A stretch of DNA of 64,000 nucleotides from Glycera tridactyla (lineage: Eukaryota), in assembly GCA_965644265.1 (NCBI GenBank), contig OZ286459.1:145142001-145206000 (forward strand). Reading direction: 5' to 3'. The notes under the pieces were generated by a model. That model was not told where the DNA came from and ran no database searches. It saw only the letters and a program-made list of their open reading frames with translations. The translations under genes were made by a program, and so were the position numbers. Shown here in pieces: positions 13,250 through 25,414 of the stretch (positions within the stretch are counted from its first letter, which is position 1; each line of letters begins with the position of its first letter).

Positions 13250-14050
13250 AGTTGATGGGAAAGCCATGTTGAACAAATATGTTTCAAGTCAAGTCTCGAG
13301 GGCTTTGAAGGAAGTTTGATGTTCAAGAGAAGTGAGTTGTACGAGGATGAGGGAGCATGAGCTACGGCCTGGTTCTCTGTTTTTTGACAGCATGTTGTGG
13401 TGCTGCTCAGAATGTAGGGGTAACCTACTTGTATGACCTCCAATCATGTTCATTGCTTGAACATCTATATGAGACCTATATCATGTTTTTGGTATGAAAG
13501 CCATCCAAACAAGCCACCAACCGACCACGAAGACCACCCAATCAACCAACGATCCACCACCACCCAATGGAGTATTGTGAGAGGAGCATAGGCACTGGGA
13601 GGGGATGCAGGGATGGAGCAGTTGTGAGAGGTAATTACGTGCCATGCCATTATGAGCCTTGTAGGGCAGGTACTGAATTTTAAAAGTAATCTGGGGTTTG
13701 ATAGGAAGCCAGGGAAGTATTTTCAGGATAGGAGTGACATGTTGATGGTGACGGCAGGATATTGTTAATCGGGCTGCTCACTTCATAACATGCTGTAGCT
13801 TGAGTATTTACGCATGCGGCAGATTTTGTGTGCATGAAAGACTTGCGGATAGCAGTCACAAGGGGTGAAAGGCTTAGGTGCCCATCAAAGATGACAACAA
13901 GACTTTTGGCAGAGCTGCAAGAACTGATGATATCCTCCCAATATGAATCTTTGGGGTGTTTGACTGCTATGGTCAGTGAAAGGAAGAAACTGATGCAAGA
14001 CAGGAATACACTAATTGATTGGAATCCTCGAAATAAAGCCACACAGCAAT
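13250..14050 (-). pseudogene. Degraded L2-clade LINE 3' end of ORF2 (with internal insertion ~13450-13620)
   Basis: Frames give SAKSLVVIFDGHLSL, ILPWLPIKPQITFKIQYLPYKAHNGMARNYLSQLL (LHWLP..RI.FK..L.YKAL.G.AP.YL motif), APSSSYNSLLLNIK and SFKALET*LETYLFNMAF (LKTYLF..AF terminus). Confidence 0.85.
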
Positions 14051-14841
14051 GTATTTTTGCAATAGTATCGAAGGGTTATACACTTATCTGGGGTATGAAT
14101 CAGGCACAATGTCTGGCAGTAATGGATTTTTTTTTTCTTTAAACAATTCATGAGGAGCTGTGGGTTTTTGTTCTGACATGTTTGTTTTTCATTTATCTGG
14201 TGATGATATCCCAGTGTGAATGCTGCATGCGTGTGGAAATTGTTCACATCTGTGGCCACGATGCCCAAGAACATGTCTGGCCATTCCCCGCTGAGGCAAG
14301 AATTGTGTTAGCATGAAAACGACCAAGATGAAAGCTAATAGACAACATAGGAATGCTTTCAGCACCATTACAAGTCGGAATACAATGAGAAACTTTAATG
14401 GCGATACACGGCTGTCATGAACTTCAGAGATATTTCACGAAGTAGTCTGGTGGCGGAGAAAATGAAAAGAGAGGCTAGGGAATAACCCTTTCAATTCCGG
14501 AATATTATTTTCTTCGCACACATGTCAGATGGTTTTGTTCATAGCTATGTTGCAAACACAGGAAATATGATTGCTCAAGTTGATAAGAATAAATCCTTCA
14601 CAATTTCAACAATTTTACCATTCTGACAGAAAATTGTGTTCTTGGTTTCCCATGTTAGACATCATAACTTGTTCAACATCAAGATGCCTGATGAACCAAG
14701 ATTCATGGGGCTGTACCCCTAGCTACAGAGCAAAGGGACTTCGATCTTTGATCTCAATGCAGCTGTGAATGCCGACGCCAATGCCAGTGAAACTGTGATA
14801 CCCCTACTCAACTTGTTTAGGATCAGTAAAACAACGTAAGC

Positions 14842-16725
14842 AACTAGAACTGTAATCCAGAGGATATACTAATGCCCCCCCCGCCATCTTATTCAAGGTC
14901 ATATCTCCAAGGTCACAGGGACAGAATGACATGCTCATGTACACCTACCGCTCTTGGGTAATCCACATACCAAAAATGGAAGCTCTCGCATCAATAGCTT
15001 GGATACAATGAGTGACACAAGATTTCATGGCAATTTCGAAGGTCAAGGTCACTGGCCCAAGGTCAAAGGTCATAGGGGCAAAATAACATGCCCATGCACA
15101 CCTACCCCTAATGGGTAACTGATATACCAAAAATGGAAACTCTCCCATCAATAGCATGGACACACCAGGTGCCGCAGAATTCCATAACAATTTCCAAGAT
15201 CAAGGTCACTGGCCCAAGGTCAAAGGTTGTAGGGCCAAATTCACAAGCCCATGCACACCTACCCCTCTTGGGTGATCCACATACGAAAAATTGAAGCTCT
15301 CGCATCAAAAGCTTGGACACAATGAGTGCCGCAAGATTTCATGACAATTTCCAAGGTCAAGGTCACTGGCCCAAGGTCAAAGGTCGTAGGGGCAACATAA
15401 CATGCCCATGCACACCTACCCCTCATGGGTAATTCACATAGCAAAAATTAAAAACTCTCGCATCAATAGCTTGGACACACTAGGTGCCACAAGATTTCAT
15501 GACCATCTCCAAAGTCAAGGTCATTGGCCAAGGTCAAAGGTCGTAGGGGCAACATAACATGCCCATGCACACCTACCCCTCTTGGGTAATCCACATAGCA
15601 AAAATGGAAACTCTCGCATCAATAGCTTGGACACACTAGGTGCCGCAGAATTCCATAACAATTTCCAAGATCAAGGTCACTGGCCCAAGGTCAAAGGTTG
15701 TAGGGCCAAATTCACAAGCCCATGCATACCTACCCCTCTTGGGTGATCCACATACTAAAAATGGAAGCTCTCGCATCAAAAGCTTGGACACAATGAGTGC
15801 TGCAAGATTTCATGACAATTTCCAAGGTCAAGGTCACTGGCCCAAGGTCAAAGGTCGTAGGGGCAACATAACATGCCCATGCACACCTACCCCTCATGGG
15901 TGATTCACATAGCGAAAATGGAAACTCTCGCATCAATAGCTTGGACACACTAGGTGCCACAAGATTTCATGACCATCTCCAAGGTCAAGGTCACTGGCCC
16001 AAGGTCAAAGGTCGTAGGGGCAACATAACATGCCCATGCACACCTACCCCTCATGGGTGATTCACATAGCAAAAATGGAAACTCTCGCATCAATAGCTAG
16101 GACACACTAGGTGCCACAAAATTTCATGACAATTTCCAAAGTCAAGGTCACTGGCCCAAGGTCAGAGGTTGTAGGGGCAAAATGACATGCCAATGCACAC
16201 CTACCCCTCATGGGTGATTCACATAGCAAAAATGGAAACTCTCGCATCAATAGCTTGGACACACTAGGTGCCACAAGATTTCATGACCATCTCCGAGGTC
16301 AAGCTCCGAGGTCAAGGTCACTGGCCCAAGGTCAAAGGTCGTAGGGGCAACATAACATGCCCATGCACACCTACCCCTCATGGGTAATCCACATAGCAAA
16401 AATGGAAACTCTCGCATCAATAGCTTGGACACACTAGGTGCCACAAGATTTCATGACCATCTCCAAGGTCAAGGTCACTGGCCCAAGGTCAAAGGTCGTA
16501 GGGGCAACATAACATGCCCATGCACACCTACCCCTCATGGGTAATCCACATACCAAAAATGGAAACTCTCGCATCAATAGCTTGGACACACCAGGTGCCA
16601 CAAAAATTGTTAACAGACGGACAGACGGACAGACGGACGGACAGACGGACGGACGGACAGACGGACAGACAGACGGACAGAGTGAATCCAGTATGCCCCC
16701 CCTACCTTCGGTTGGGGGGCATAAT
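14842..16725 (+). mobile_element. Helentron-type non-autonomous element with ~11 tandem 157-bp core repeats
   Basis: AACTAG head, subterminal ATGCCCCCC, 157-bp CAAGGTCAAGGTCACTGGCCCAAGG... array at ~14900-16600, (GACG/GACA)n at ~16614-16680, 3' palindrome TATGCCCCCC..GGGGGGCATA. Confidence 0.88.
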
Positions 16726-18239
16726 AAGGGAATTGTACGAAGCACTGATGAAAGTACCATGTGCCACCTGAATACCACAGATGGAATTACATTGATCCAA
16801 ACACAGGTTCCGAGAAATTCCATCAATTGCTTTTTTTGCCATAAAAATCGAGGCCACTGATGCCACCAGATTGCCATAGTCATACTCACAGCAGGGGGAA
16901 CATCTTATGTGCTCATTTGCATTTTGGGGGCATTACTGTGATGCATCACAGGTGAGAATATACATATTTATGCTTGCTGCCATGACAACATATCCATCAC
17001 TGCATTCTGGTGGTTAACAAGGATGCATTAGTAGCATCACCACACAAGCAACCTGCAACATATGTCTATGACAGCAACATCCAGCATATACTAGCACCCT
17101 CTTCTCACCACATTAAGGACATGCCCACATTACATCTCGGATACTTCTACATCCATGATGTACGAAAACATAGGATATCATCAGTAATAGAGAGAAAGAT
17201 AGAAAAGGGAGGGTCAATGGAGAGGAGAGTGGGAATGGAAATGGAAATGGGAGAGAGGAGTAGAGATGAGAGTCAGAGCGAAGAAAGGAGAGAGAAAGTT
17301 TCTCATTTTACACAACTACACTAAGCTACTAGAGAGCATGAATTTGAAGAAACGAGGTTACTGGCATATAAGATGAATGATAATGTTGGAGGAGTGTGAG
17401 ATGGCATCTCGCCAAGTGGCTTTTTCACATTTTCATCACAGTTTAGAAGAATTTTGTGGAAATTTGACTGAAGCTGAAGACTGGAAGCAAAATTGTGCGG
17501 TTAACCTCAACACCTGGTTGAACTATGTGGGTTGACAAATGTTGACCAATCCTAACCAATCAATCTAGAGGTGTGAGCTATGTATGGAGTATATGCCACT
17601 CCCATCAAACTTGACTGCCTGTCTGAAAACCTTGTACAATATCAAGCATATTCATACAGAACAACAAGTATAAACCATGCAGGAAACTTCAGTTCCCATG
17701 AAGGTTCCCATGAAGGTCTCTATGTTCACCTGGTTGGAAGTCTTTGATGTGTGATCACAGCATTATTGATCAAGAGCCAACCATGATCTATTTCTTTCAA
17801 AACAAAAATTACACGTCAAGGCATGGATCTATCCCCTACCATTGAACAAATCAATATATATAATGTATACATATTTCTATACACAAAACTTATATACATG
17901 TACTCATGCAAATACTGCCTGTCTGTAGAGTTCTCACGATTCATCAAGATGCACTAGCAATGAGCATGAGCCATGCTCCATCATTGGGGGCGTGATTACC
18001 CTTCTGACATGCCTGCAAGCAATTTCCATCTTCTCAAATAATAATGGCAATCACGCAATAAACAACTTGATAACCAGCATGCAATTGCATCAGCCCAGCA
18101 ACATTGTGTAATGGCTAACTGGAGTGGTGTGCACAAGAGTGAGATTATGGACTGTGTTGAATGCATGAACTATCTCAGTGGACAGCTTCCAATGTTTGGA
18201 TGACGGAGTGTGGGTGCAATCATGTAAGACCCATTTTAA

Positions 18240-18482
18240 GGCCCGAAACCCCAGCCTGGTATTTCACTGATAACCTGTGGTGGCACTGAGTCAGTCATGA
18301 GTGGGATGTATTGGCAACATTTTTTCCTCAATTGATTAGACACATTTGAACATATAGGACAATTAGCCTGATTAGACTCGTGGACTGACGTTGGCCACCC
18401 ATCTACTATGGTGGGAGGTGGATTTCAAACCTCACCGACCCACATTGAAAGCAACTGTCTCACAAGATACTGACCAACTATA
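18240..18482 (-). mobile_element. Degraded tRNA-derived SINE candidate
   Basis: Minus strand shows AGTTGGTCAGTATCTTG (A-box-like) and GGTTTGAAATCC (B-box-like); its distal end (AAGGCCCGAAACCCC..TGGTATTT.ACTGAT) recurs at ~22060-22100. Confidence 0.4.
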
Positions 18483-18489
18483 AAATACC

Positions 18490-19000
18490 TACAATGGAGA
18501 AGGGAATCATCCACAGACAATCAGATGTGGCGGGAAATAGTTGAATGCGAAATCAGACCATACCACAAAAATGACTTGAATAATGTTGGCGAATGGTGGA
18601 AATGCCTCAAAAGATCAGTAAAGAAACACCTGGTTGCATGTGATAGGCAATCGAATCTGGGCATGAAGCAGTTGATAAATTTGCTTGAGTTCAAATCTGA
18701 CAGATACATTTTTAACCTTTGTAGCACAAATGGGAATCGGATCAGGATAGAGCTCGTAACAAACTTCGGTAACAATTTCAGCAATGAGAAGAGTGATAAT
18801 AATGACATTCACCCACATATCTGATACCAGCTTGCCAGATATATCAATTCTATGCAGATTTCGCAGTGCGAGTAGTGGCTGCATCGGCTGATAATGTCAG
18901 CAGATTTGTCGCATAAATACAATGAGAGCAAGGATAATCCTATTTAATAGTCCTCAGCCCTATCTGAAATCTAGTCTATCATTCAAGAAGTCCAGTTGTG
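18490..19000 (+). pseudogene. Possible L1/Tx1-clade LINE ORF2 linker fragment
   Basis: 99-aa ORF 18525-18824 with VGEWWKCLKRSVKKHL followed, after a frameshift, by IYQFYADF; this resembles the WW..K..IK and FY..L motifs between the endonuclease and RT; no RT core seen. Confidence 0.35.
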
Positions 19001-19289
19001 TCATCAAAACTCCTATCAGATGAGAATTAATGAAGATAGATATCAAAATATATCCGTCAAATTTGGGCTCGAACACCATCTTGTGTCGGGCAAACTTTGC
19101 ATGGGTGATGAGAGTCAACATTACGTACAAAGGATGCAAACATCGAGATGTATGAGGTGAATACAGTTTAACCTGTCCCAAGGAGCTACTTTTCAATTCA
19201 CCCGGATTTTTAATTTCTTTAATTCACTTGTCTTGAGTGGTGATGTCTCACCCTTCAGAAGGATGGCTGCTTAGAATACATCTGACTAT

Positions 19290-20560
19290 ATCTGATGATC
19301 ACCTGTAGGTGTGGGGCAGATATTTGGTAGAAACATCAGGATGTGAGCTGGATATCTGGTACTGTATGAGCATCAGGATGTGTGAGGAGAATATCTGGTA
19401 GAAATATCAGGATGTGAGGTGGATATCTGGTACCAACATCAGGATGTGTGAGGTGAATATCTGGTACCAACATCAGGATGTGTGAGGTCAATATCTGGTA
19501 TAAACATCAGGATGTGAGGTCAATATCTGGTATAAACATCAGGATGTGTTGAGTGAATATCCAGTAGAAATATCAGGATGTGAGGTGAATATCTGGTAGA
19601 AATATCAGAATGTGAGGTGGATATCTGGTATGAACATCAGGATGTGTGAGGTCAATATCTGGTGGAAATATCAGGGTGTGAGGAGAATATCTGGTATGAA
19701 CATCAGGATGTGAGGTGAATATCTGGTGGAAATATCAGAATGTGTGGAGTGAATATCTGGTAGAAATATCAGGATGTGTGGAGTGAATATCTGGTATAAA
19801 CATCAGGATGTGAGGTGAATATCTGGTGGAAATATCAGAATGTGTGGAGTGAATATCTGGTAGAAATATCAGGATGTGTGGAGTGAATATCTGGTATAAA
19901 CATCAGGATGTGAGGTGAATATCTGGTGGAAATATCAGAATGTGTGGAGTGAATATCTGGTAGAAATATCAGGATGTGTGGAGTGAATATCTGGTACCAA
20001 CATCAGGATGTGTGAGGTGAATATCTGGTACCAACATCAGGATGTGTGGAATGAATATCTGGTACCAACATCAGGATGTGTGGAGTGAATATCTGGTACC
20101 AACATCAGGATGTGTGAGGTGAATATCTGGTACCAACATCAGTATGTGTGGAATGAATATCTGGTACCAACATCAGGATGTGTGGAGTGAATATCCGGTA
20201 CCAACATCAGGATGTGTGAGGTGAATATCTGGTACCAACATCAGGATGTGTGGAGTGAATATCTGGTACCAACATCAGGATGTTTGGAGTGAATATCTGG
20301 TACCAACATCAGGATGTGTGAGGTTAATATCTGGTACCAACATCAGGATGTGTGGAGTGAATATCTGGTACCAACATCAGGATGTGTTGAGTGAATATCC
20401 AGTGGAAATATCAGGATGTGAGGTGAATATCTGGTATAAACATCAGGATGTGAGGTGAATATCTGGCACCAACATCAGGATGTGAGGTATATTGCAGTGA
20501 ATATCTAGTATGAACATTAGGATGTGTCAGATCAATATCTGGTACATACACCTGGATGTG
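19290..20560. repeat. 32/34-bp minisatellite, roughly 38 copies
   Basis: Consensus GAATATCTGGTACCAACATCAGGATGTG(TG)(G)AG(G)T; exact 100-bp higher-order period at 19701/19801/19901. Confidence 0.95.
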
Positions 20561-22462
20561 TCTGATGACTATTTGATGGAAAGATGAGTGGAGCCTCAAG
20601 TTTCCTTCAAGTCTCTGCAAATCGTGCAAATTCTAACCACCAACTAGAAAATAGTGTCAGGAATGGGTAACTACTTTAACAATTTATTAATTTGGAATTA
20701 TTTTGATCAATCAAATCTGATACTGAGTAATGCCTTGCCAAAATGGAATACAATGATATTGATTCTAACAAAGTAAGATCAATTACAAACTCACAGTGGT
20801 CTCGAATGCAAAATACATTGCAACTGCCCTCTGAAAAATTCACCGATCCACAAAAAAATCACATTTTTCATGATGGGGATATCTGGTAAACCACCCATTT
20901 GCGTGGGGCAAAAATATATGGGGAAGGGAGGGGAACCATGTGATTGGAAAAAGTTGTTATAGAAACAAACATTTGGCACAAAGATGAGGCATACAGAAAA
21001 AACAGGTGTCATGAATATATGTGAACATGAGATTGTACAGACAGATCAGTAAAATATCAAGGATGAAATAATGGAACAAATAAAGTGGCTTGATTCTCGC
21101 AGACAGAATAAATGGAGTGCTCCGAGAGTGCTTCAAGTGAGAGATGGACAGTAGTTCAAGGACTAAGTGACACATGCGATCAGATTTCCTGCTCTGACCT
21201 GGTCCTGAAAATCTGGTCAGCAATGATGGCATACTGGATGTGACTATCAAAGCATGATTAGCTCACAAGCAAGTACACCTGCCACCAATGTGCACAATAT
21301 AGAAATGGAAAAATATTCATGTATTTACCAAAAAATGTATTATCCATGATGTTCAGGTAACATATAACCCAGTGCATGCCAACTGAAGTCTGTTTCTGTA
21401 TGCACATGAAGAAACACTGCTGTCTAGCAAAAAGTAGCAATGGTCCCTGGCAGAGGTGCCATCTTTCTTCAGCATTTCCAGTTTTTCAGTCTGATATAAC
21501 CCGAGGTGGTTGAAAGGATGTTAAACCTAAACAAACAGGTAACATATTCCTCCAGTCAATATGATCCTCATCATTATTGTTCCAGCAAGAATGGCTACAT
21601 TTGACCTCACAATGAGTGACCTTCTTGCATCGAAAACTGTAGTACATCAAATGGACAACCACCTTGTATCAACTGCCCATCTTGGAAAGGTCACAAAACC
21701 TGCTATGATACGGGTCACATACCTTAGCTCACTATACTATTATTATTTCCCAGTATTCCAGATGGATCCTCTTTCGTAGAAGTGATGTGTGTATGCGCAT
21801 GTGTGTGCATGTATGTGTGTGTTTCCTGGAACTGATTTTGCTGATGGGCCATGCTGCAGTGTCAGTTGACATCCATCAGGCTGAACTCCTGACATTTGGA
21901 ATATTTCATGCTTGTCTGGCATGAGAAACTTTAGTAACCCTGTGTCCTATCAATCAGCACATAAGAAAACTGTGATGAGTTGAATGTTGGTCCTATGATA
22001 GGGCCCAATATGGTAGAATGCTCTCAGATGGTAATCCTTGCCGAGGGTCTTGAATTTGAAGTGCCCGAAACCCCTACTGGTATTTTACTGATGACTTGTC
22101 CAACTTGCCTTGGCTGTTCATGGTCCTGCTGGCATTGTCATAGTGCCGGATGAGTTTGGTATCATCTTTTTTTTACTTAAGAGTGTTTTCATGATGTACT
22201 TGGAGAAGATTTCAAATTAACCTAAAGGATTATCATGAAATATGTGAGTAAAGGCGATATTTGGGCATTTGGCACTAGTTGGAAACCAGCATTAGTACTT
22301 GAAATTTTTTATATTTTTGTATGTTATGTGAGTGATTGGGATCTGTAGAATACTTACCTGTCAACATTGCTCTTCACTTGCCAAAGAGTCAGTCTTGTGT
22401 ACAAGTCGAACCTCCTTGTTTCTCGCTCATAATTTGATGCAACATGGGACTTATATGACAGC

Positions 22463-22485
22463 ATATATATATATATATATATATA
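22463..22485. repeat. (TA)n microsatellite
   Basis: Pure AT run. Confidence 0.95.
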
Positions 22486-22683
22486 CACATTCTTGAAAAT
22501 TCGATGAAGTTGCATGTTTGCAGCATGTTTCCCTCCTGTATTGAACTTTCAATGGAGGCTCAGCCAGAGGCACCATATTCGTTAAGTCATGCCGACATTC
22601 ATATTCTTTCACATCAATTTCACAATGTCCTGGCCTGGATGCAGCTCTGTATTGGGTCTGCCCATAATACTGCCACATACATA

Positions 22684-23529
22684 CAGTGAAACCTGTCACT
22701 AGCGACTCCACGACGAGCAACCACCCCTCTTTCTTGACAAATTTTTTCACCAAAATACTTCTGGAATGACCTCTGATGAGCGACCACCTGTCTACCTCAA
22801 CCAGTGTTCAGCCTAGATGGTAGCGATTACCAGCAATGGACAACCACTCGAGCTCAATTTGCGTCTTGATCAGCACGCCCAAACAAAAACCTGACAATTT
22901 GGCATCCCTTTGATTATAGTTGGCAAACAAGTGACAACCTCAGAAGAATGAGGGGCATCAAATTCATCGAGGAGAAGTCAAAATGGGGGCCACAACAATC
23001 CCGCTCCATCGGCTCCAGAAACGATTTTAACTCCAAAATAAAGACATATTCTTGTGTTCTGAGAGACGACTTTCATAATCTGATGGTATTTTTGCATGGA
23101 TTCAATGTTTGCATGGATTCAATGTTTGGGCTTATGATAATCCAAATACGGTTTTGGTCAAATTGTTATCATCAATATAGGAGGCTATTACCCTAAGTAA
23201 GTGGGTGATCTGAAATGGCGGACCGTCAATGAATTGATTATGTTTCTCATGAATAATTGTGATATATTTTTACGGGTGAAGCTTCCCTCTAATTGCATGT
23301 ACACATGATACATGTGTCTTTCTATGTTTTGCCTTTCATTTGGTGAATTTCTCAGCGATTATTCAGAATGAAAACATTGGCTAGCATCAACGGAAATACA
23401 CATTTGGCTCCCACCACACACAGTTGTCGGGATCGATCGTCATGTCTGAACCTTCGACAAACAACCACCTGTCTTGAACGTCCACTTTTTCGGGCATTCC
23501 CGGGTGATCACTCATGACAGGTTTTACTG
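22684..23529. mobile_element. 846-bp non-autonomous Tc1/mariner-type element
   Basis: TA|CAGTGAAACCTGTCA ... TGACAGGTTTTACTG|TA; subterminal GA(C/T)GAGC(A/G)ACCACC repeats. Confidence 0.85.
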
Positions 23530-24469
23530 TACAAGAAAAATGGTACTTGTCTTAGTCCACAATCTTGAGTTATAAATGGAAATGAATTTTGATGATGAAT
23601 TTTGAAGAGAAAATGATGAGTATGAGTGTTATTTGCCAACTACTCTCCATTAATGGAGTCATTGCCTTCATTATGGTTCAGATAATTATTTCACCTCCAC
23701 AAATGAATACATCTCCAAGAATGCCGACAGTGACATTATATCAATTGGTTCACTCAAAGAAGAACAAACTGTATTTCTACTCGACACATCCATCAACTAA
23801 TCCAATGATTGCTTCGGCAGCTTTTGTCATGTTTCGAAAAATCTTTTTGAGATTATATGAGAAGACTGAAATCCGCAGTCCTCAAACCTCCAATCAAAAA
23901 TTAGGCCCCTCCTCTTAGGACCTTTGCCTCAACTTCTGAGGACCAGTTGTACTTCCCCCAGCTGTCAGATGGACACCGGCCCCATCTTCCTGAAAACATT
24001 CAGACAATGTCAAATTTTACCATTCTCAAACCTGTCGCAGCAGCAAACCAGGTCTTGATCTGAATGCTTGAAACATATGTGATATTATTGCTTGTTCGTA
24101 ATGCTGTATCCGCCTATCAAAATAAAGATTTGTCATAGTTCTATTTTCTCCAGTTTAGGGTCATTGTTTAACCTCCCTCAACCATGAGACAAAGATCAAG
24201 TTCATGTCAGTCAAATCCTATTGACATGGCTATGTTTCACATGACTTTTTCTCTCAACACAACTGGATTGTGGAGATTGTCTGATGATCATCAAGTGCTT
24301 TCCAGATGGTTCATCTCTGTCCAACTTTCGAAAACCTTCATATTTTGGCTCAAAATTGAATTTTCTGAGGAGGTATCTGCTGGCATGGGTAGCGAGTTTC
24401 TGCATCTCCTTCTAGTAGATGTGTCTCAATGTAATCAATCACAATTTGTAAATGTTGACTGAGCAACAA

Positions 24470-24885
24470 ATCATAGGCCCCTCGACAGAAACACCTGAGT
24501 CTCGGCCATATTATTTGTCCCAAGTAAATGCCCCACGTGCACACAGGTCATGAAAGTTGAATAGCCATGTTGTGGTCATAGAGAGTGACAGATCCAGAGT
24601 GCAATGAATGTAAACATGAAATATGTCAAGACGGTATGTTTTGCATTGGCCAAAATTACACAGAATTCCACAATCAATTTCTTGCATTTTGGAGTACCAA
24701 AATACAGAATGCTTGAATGTTCTTGCTCATCAAGAGTACTGGGTGAGGAATGCTTTTCATTGAGATGCAAATCATTCACAAATCAAAATGCCTGAGTAGC
24801 AAATGGCAGGTTCAAACCAATCAACTCGACACACTCACCTCAGGCCCTTGTTCATGAAACTGAGGTCATTACCACTCACCTACAG
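24470..24885 (-). mobile_element. Degraded tRNA-derived SINE candidate
   Basis: Minus strand TAGGTGAGTGG (A-box-like) and GGTTTGAACC (B-box with CpG decay) at ~24805-24880. Confidence 0.4.
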
Positions 24886-24946
24886 AATTAAAACATACAG
24901 AAATGAGTTGTATTACTGCAGAATTTAATAGAATTGTATATTGTCA

Positions 24947-25414
24947 CAGTCTTCACGAAAAACTTTTTCAGCCACTCTCCCATCGGGAGAACAGACTGGA
25001 AAAACCACTCTCACGAAAATAAATTCAGTATCCCGAATTAGTTCAAAAAGTGCAAAGAAAATAAGTAGACTATCTTGGGAGCAAGATATTTATATGGACA
25101 AATGCCTTATCATGATGTGAATTCCAACTTATAGATCATGTGACTGCTATTTAAGTAACACCAACCATTTTCTGCTCAGGTTTATTCTTCAGAATCAAAC
25201 TTGTGCAGGTATATGCAAAGTCATCTTGCAGGGAATGAGGTTTTTTGTTAGAGGAGTCAAACCATGTTGTACAGTCTTCACAAAGAATCACAACTTTCTG
25301 ATCAACTGAAAAATTTACACTCTCCCATCGGGAGAAAGTGTTTGGTCTTTTCACTCTCCCGAAAGCAAATTCACTCTCCCCAAGATTCGGGAGAGTGGCT
25401 AAATTCGAAGACTG
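24947..25414 (+). mobile_element. hAT-like MITE with 6-bp TSD (CAGTCTTC family)
   Basis: TTGTCA|CAGTCTTC ... GAAGACTG|TTGTCA; repeated subterminal CACTCTCCC and palindromic TCTCCCATCGGGAGA. Confidence 0.85.

Noticed and set aside
14945-16889. Several repeated ORFs (RGRCAWACYVAPTTFDLGPVTL)
   Set aside because: Antisense translation of the non-coding 157-bp core array, broken by stops in most units
19290-20560. 32-34-bp repeats of CRISPR-like length
   Set aside because: Units are directly adjacent with no unique spacers, no cas genes are present, and the context is eukaryotic
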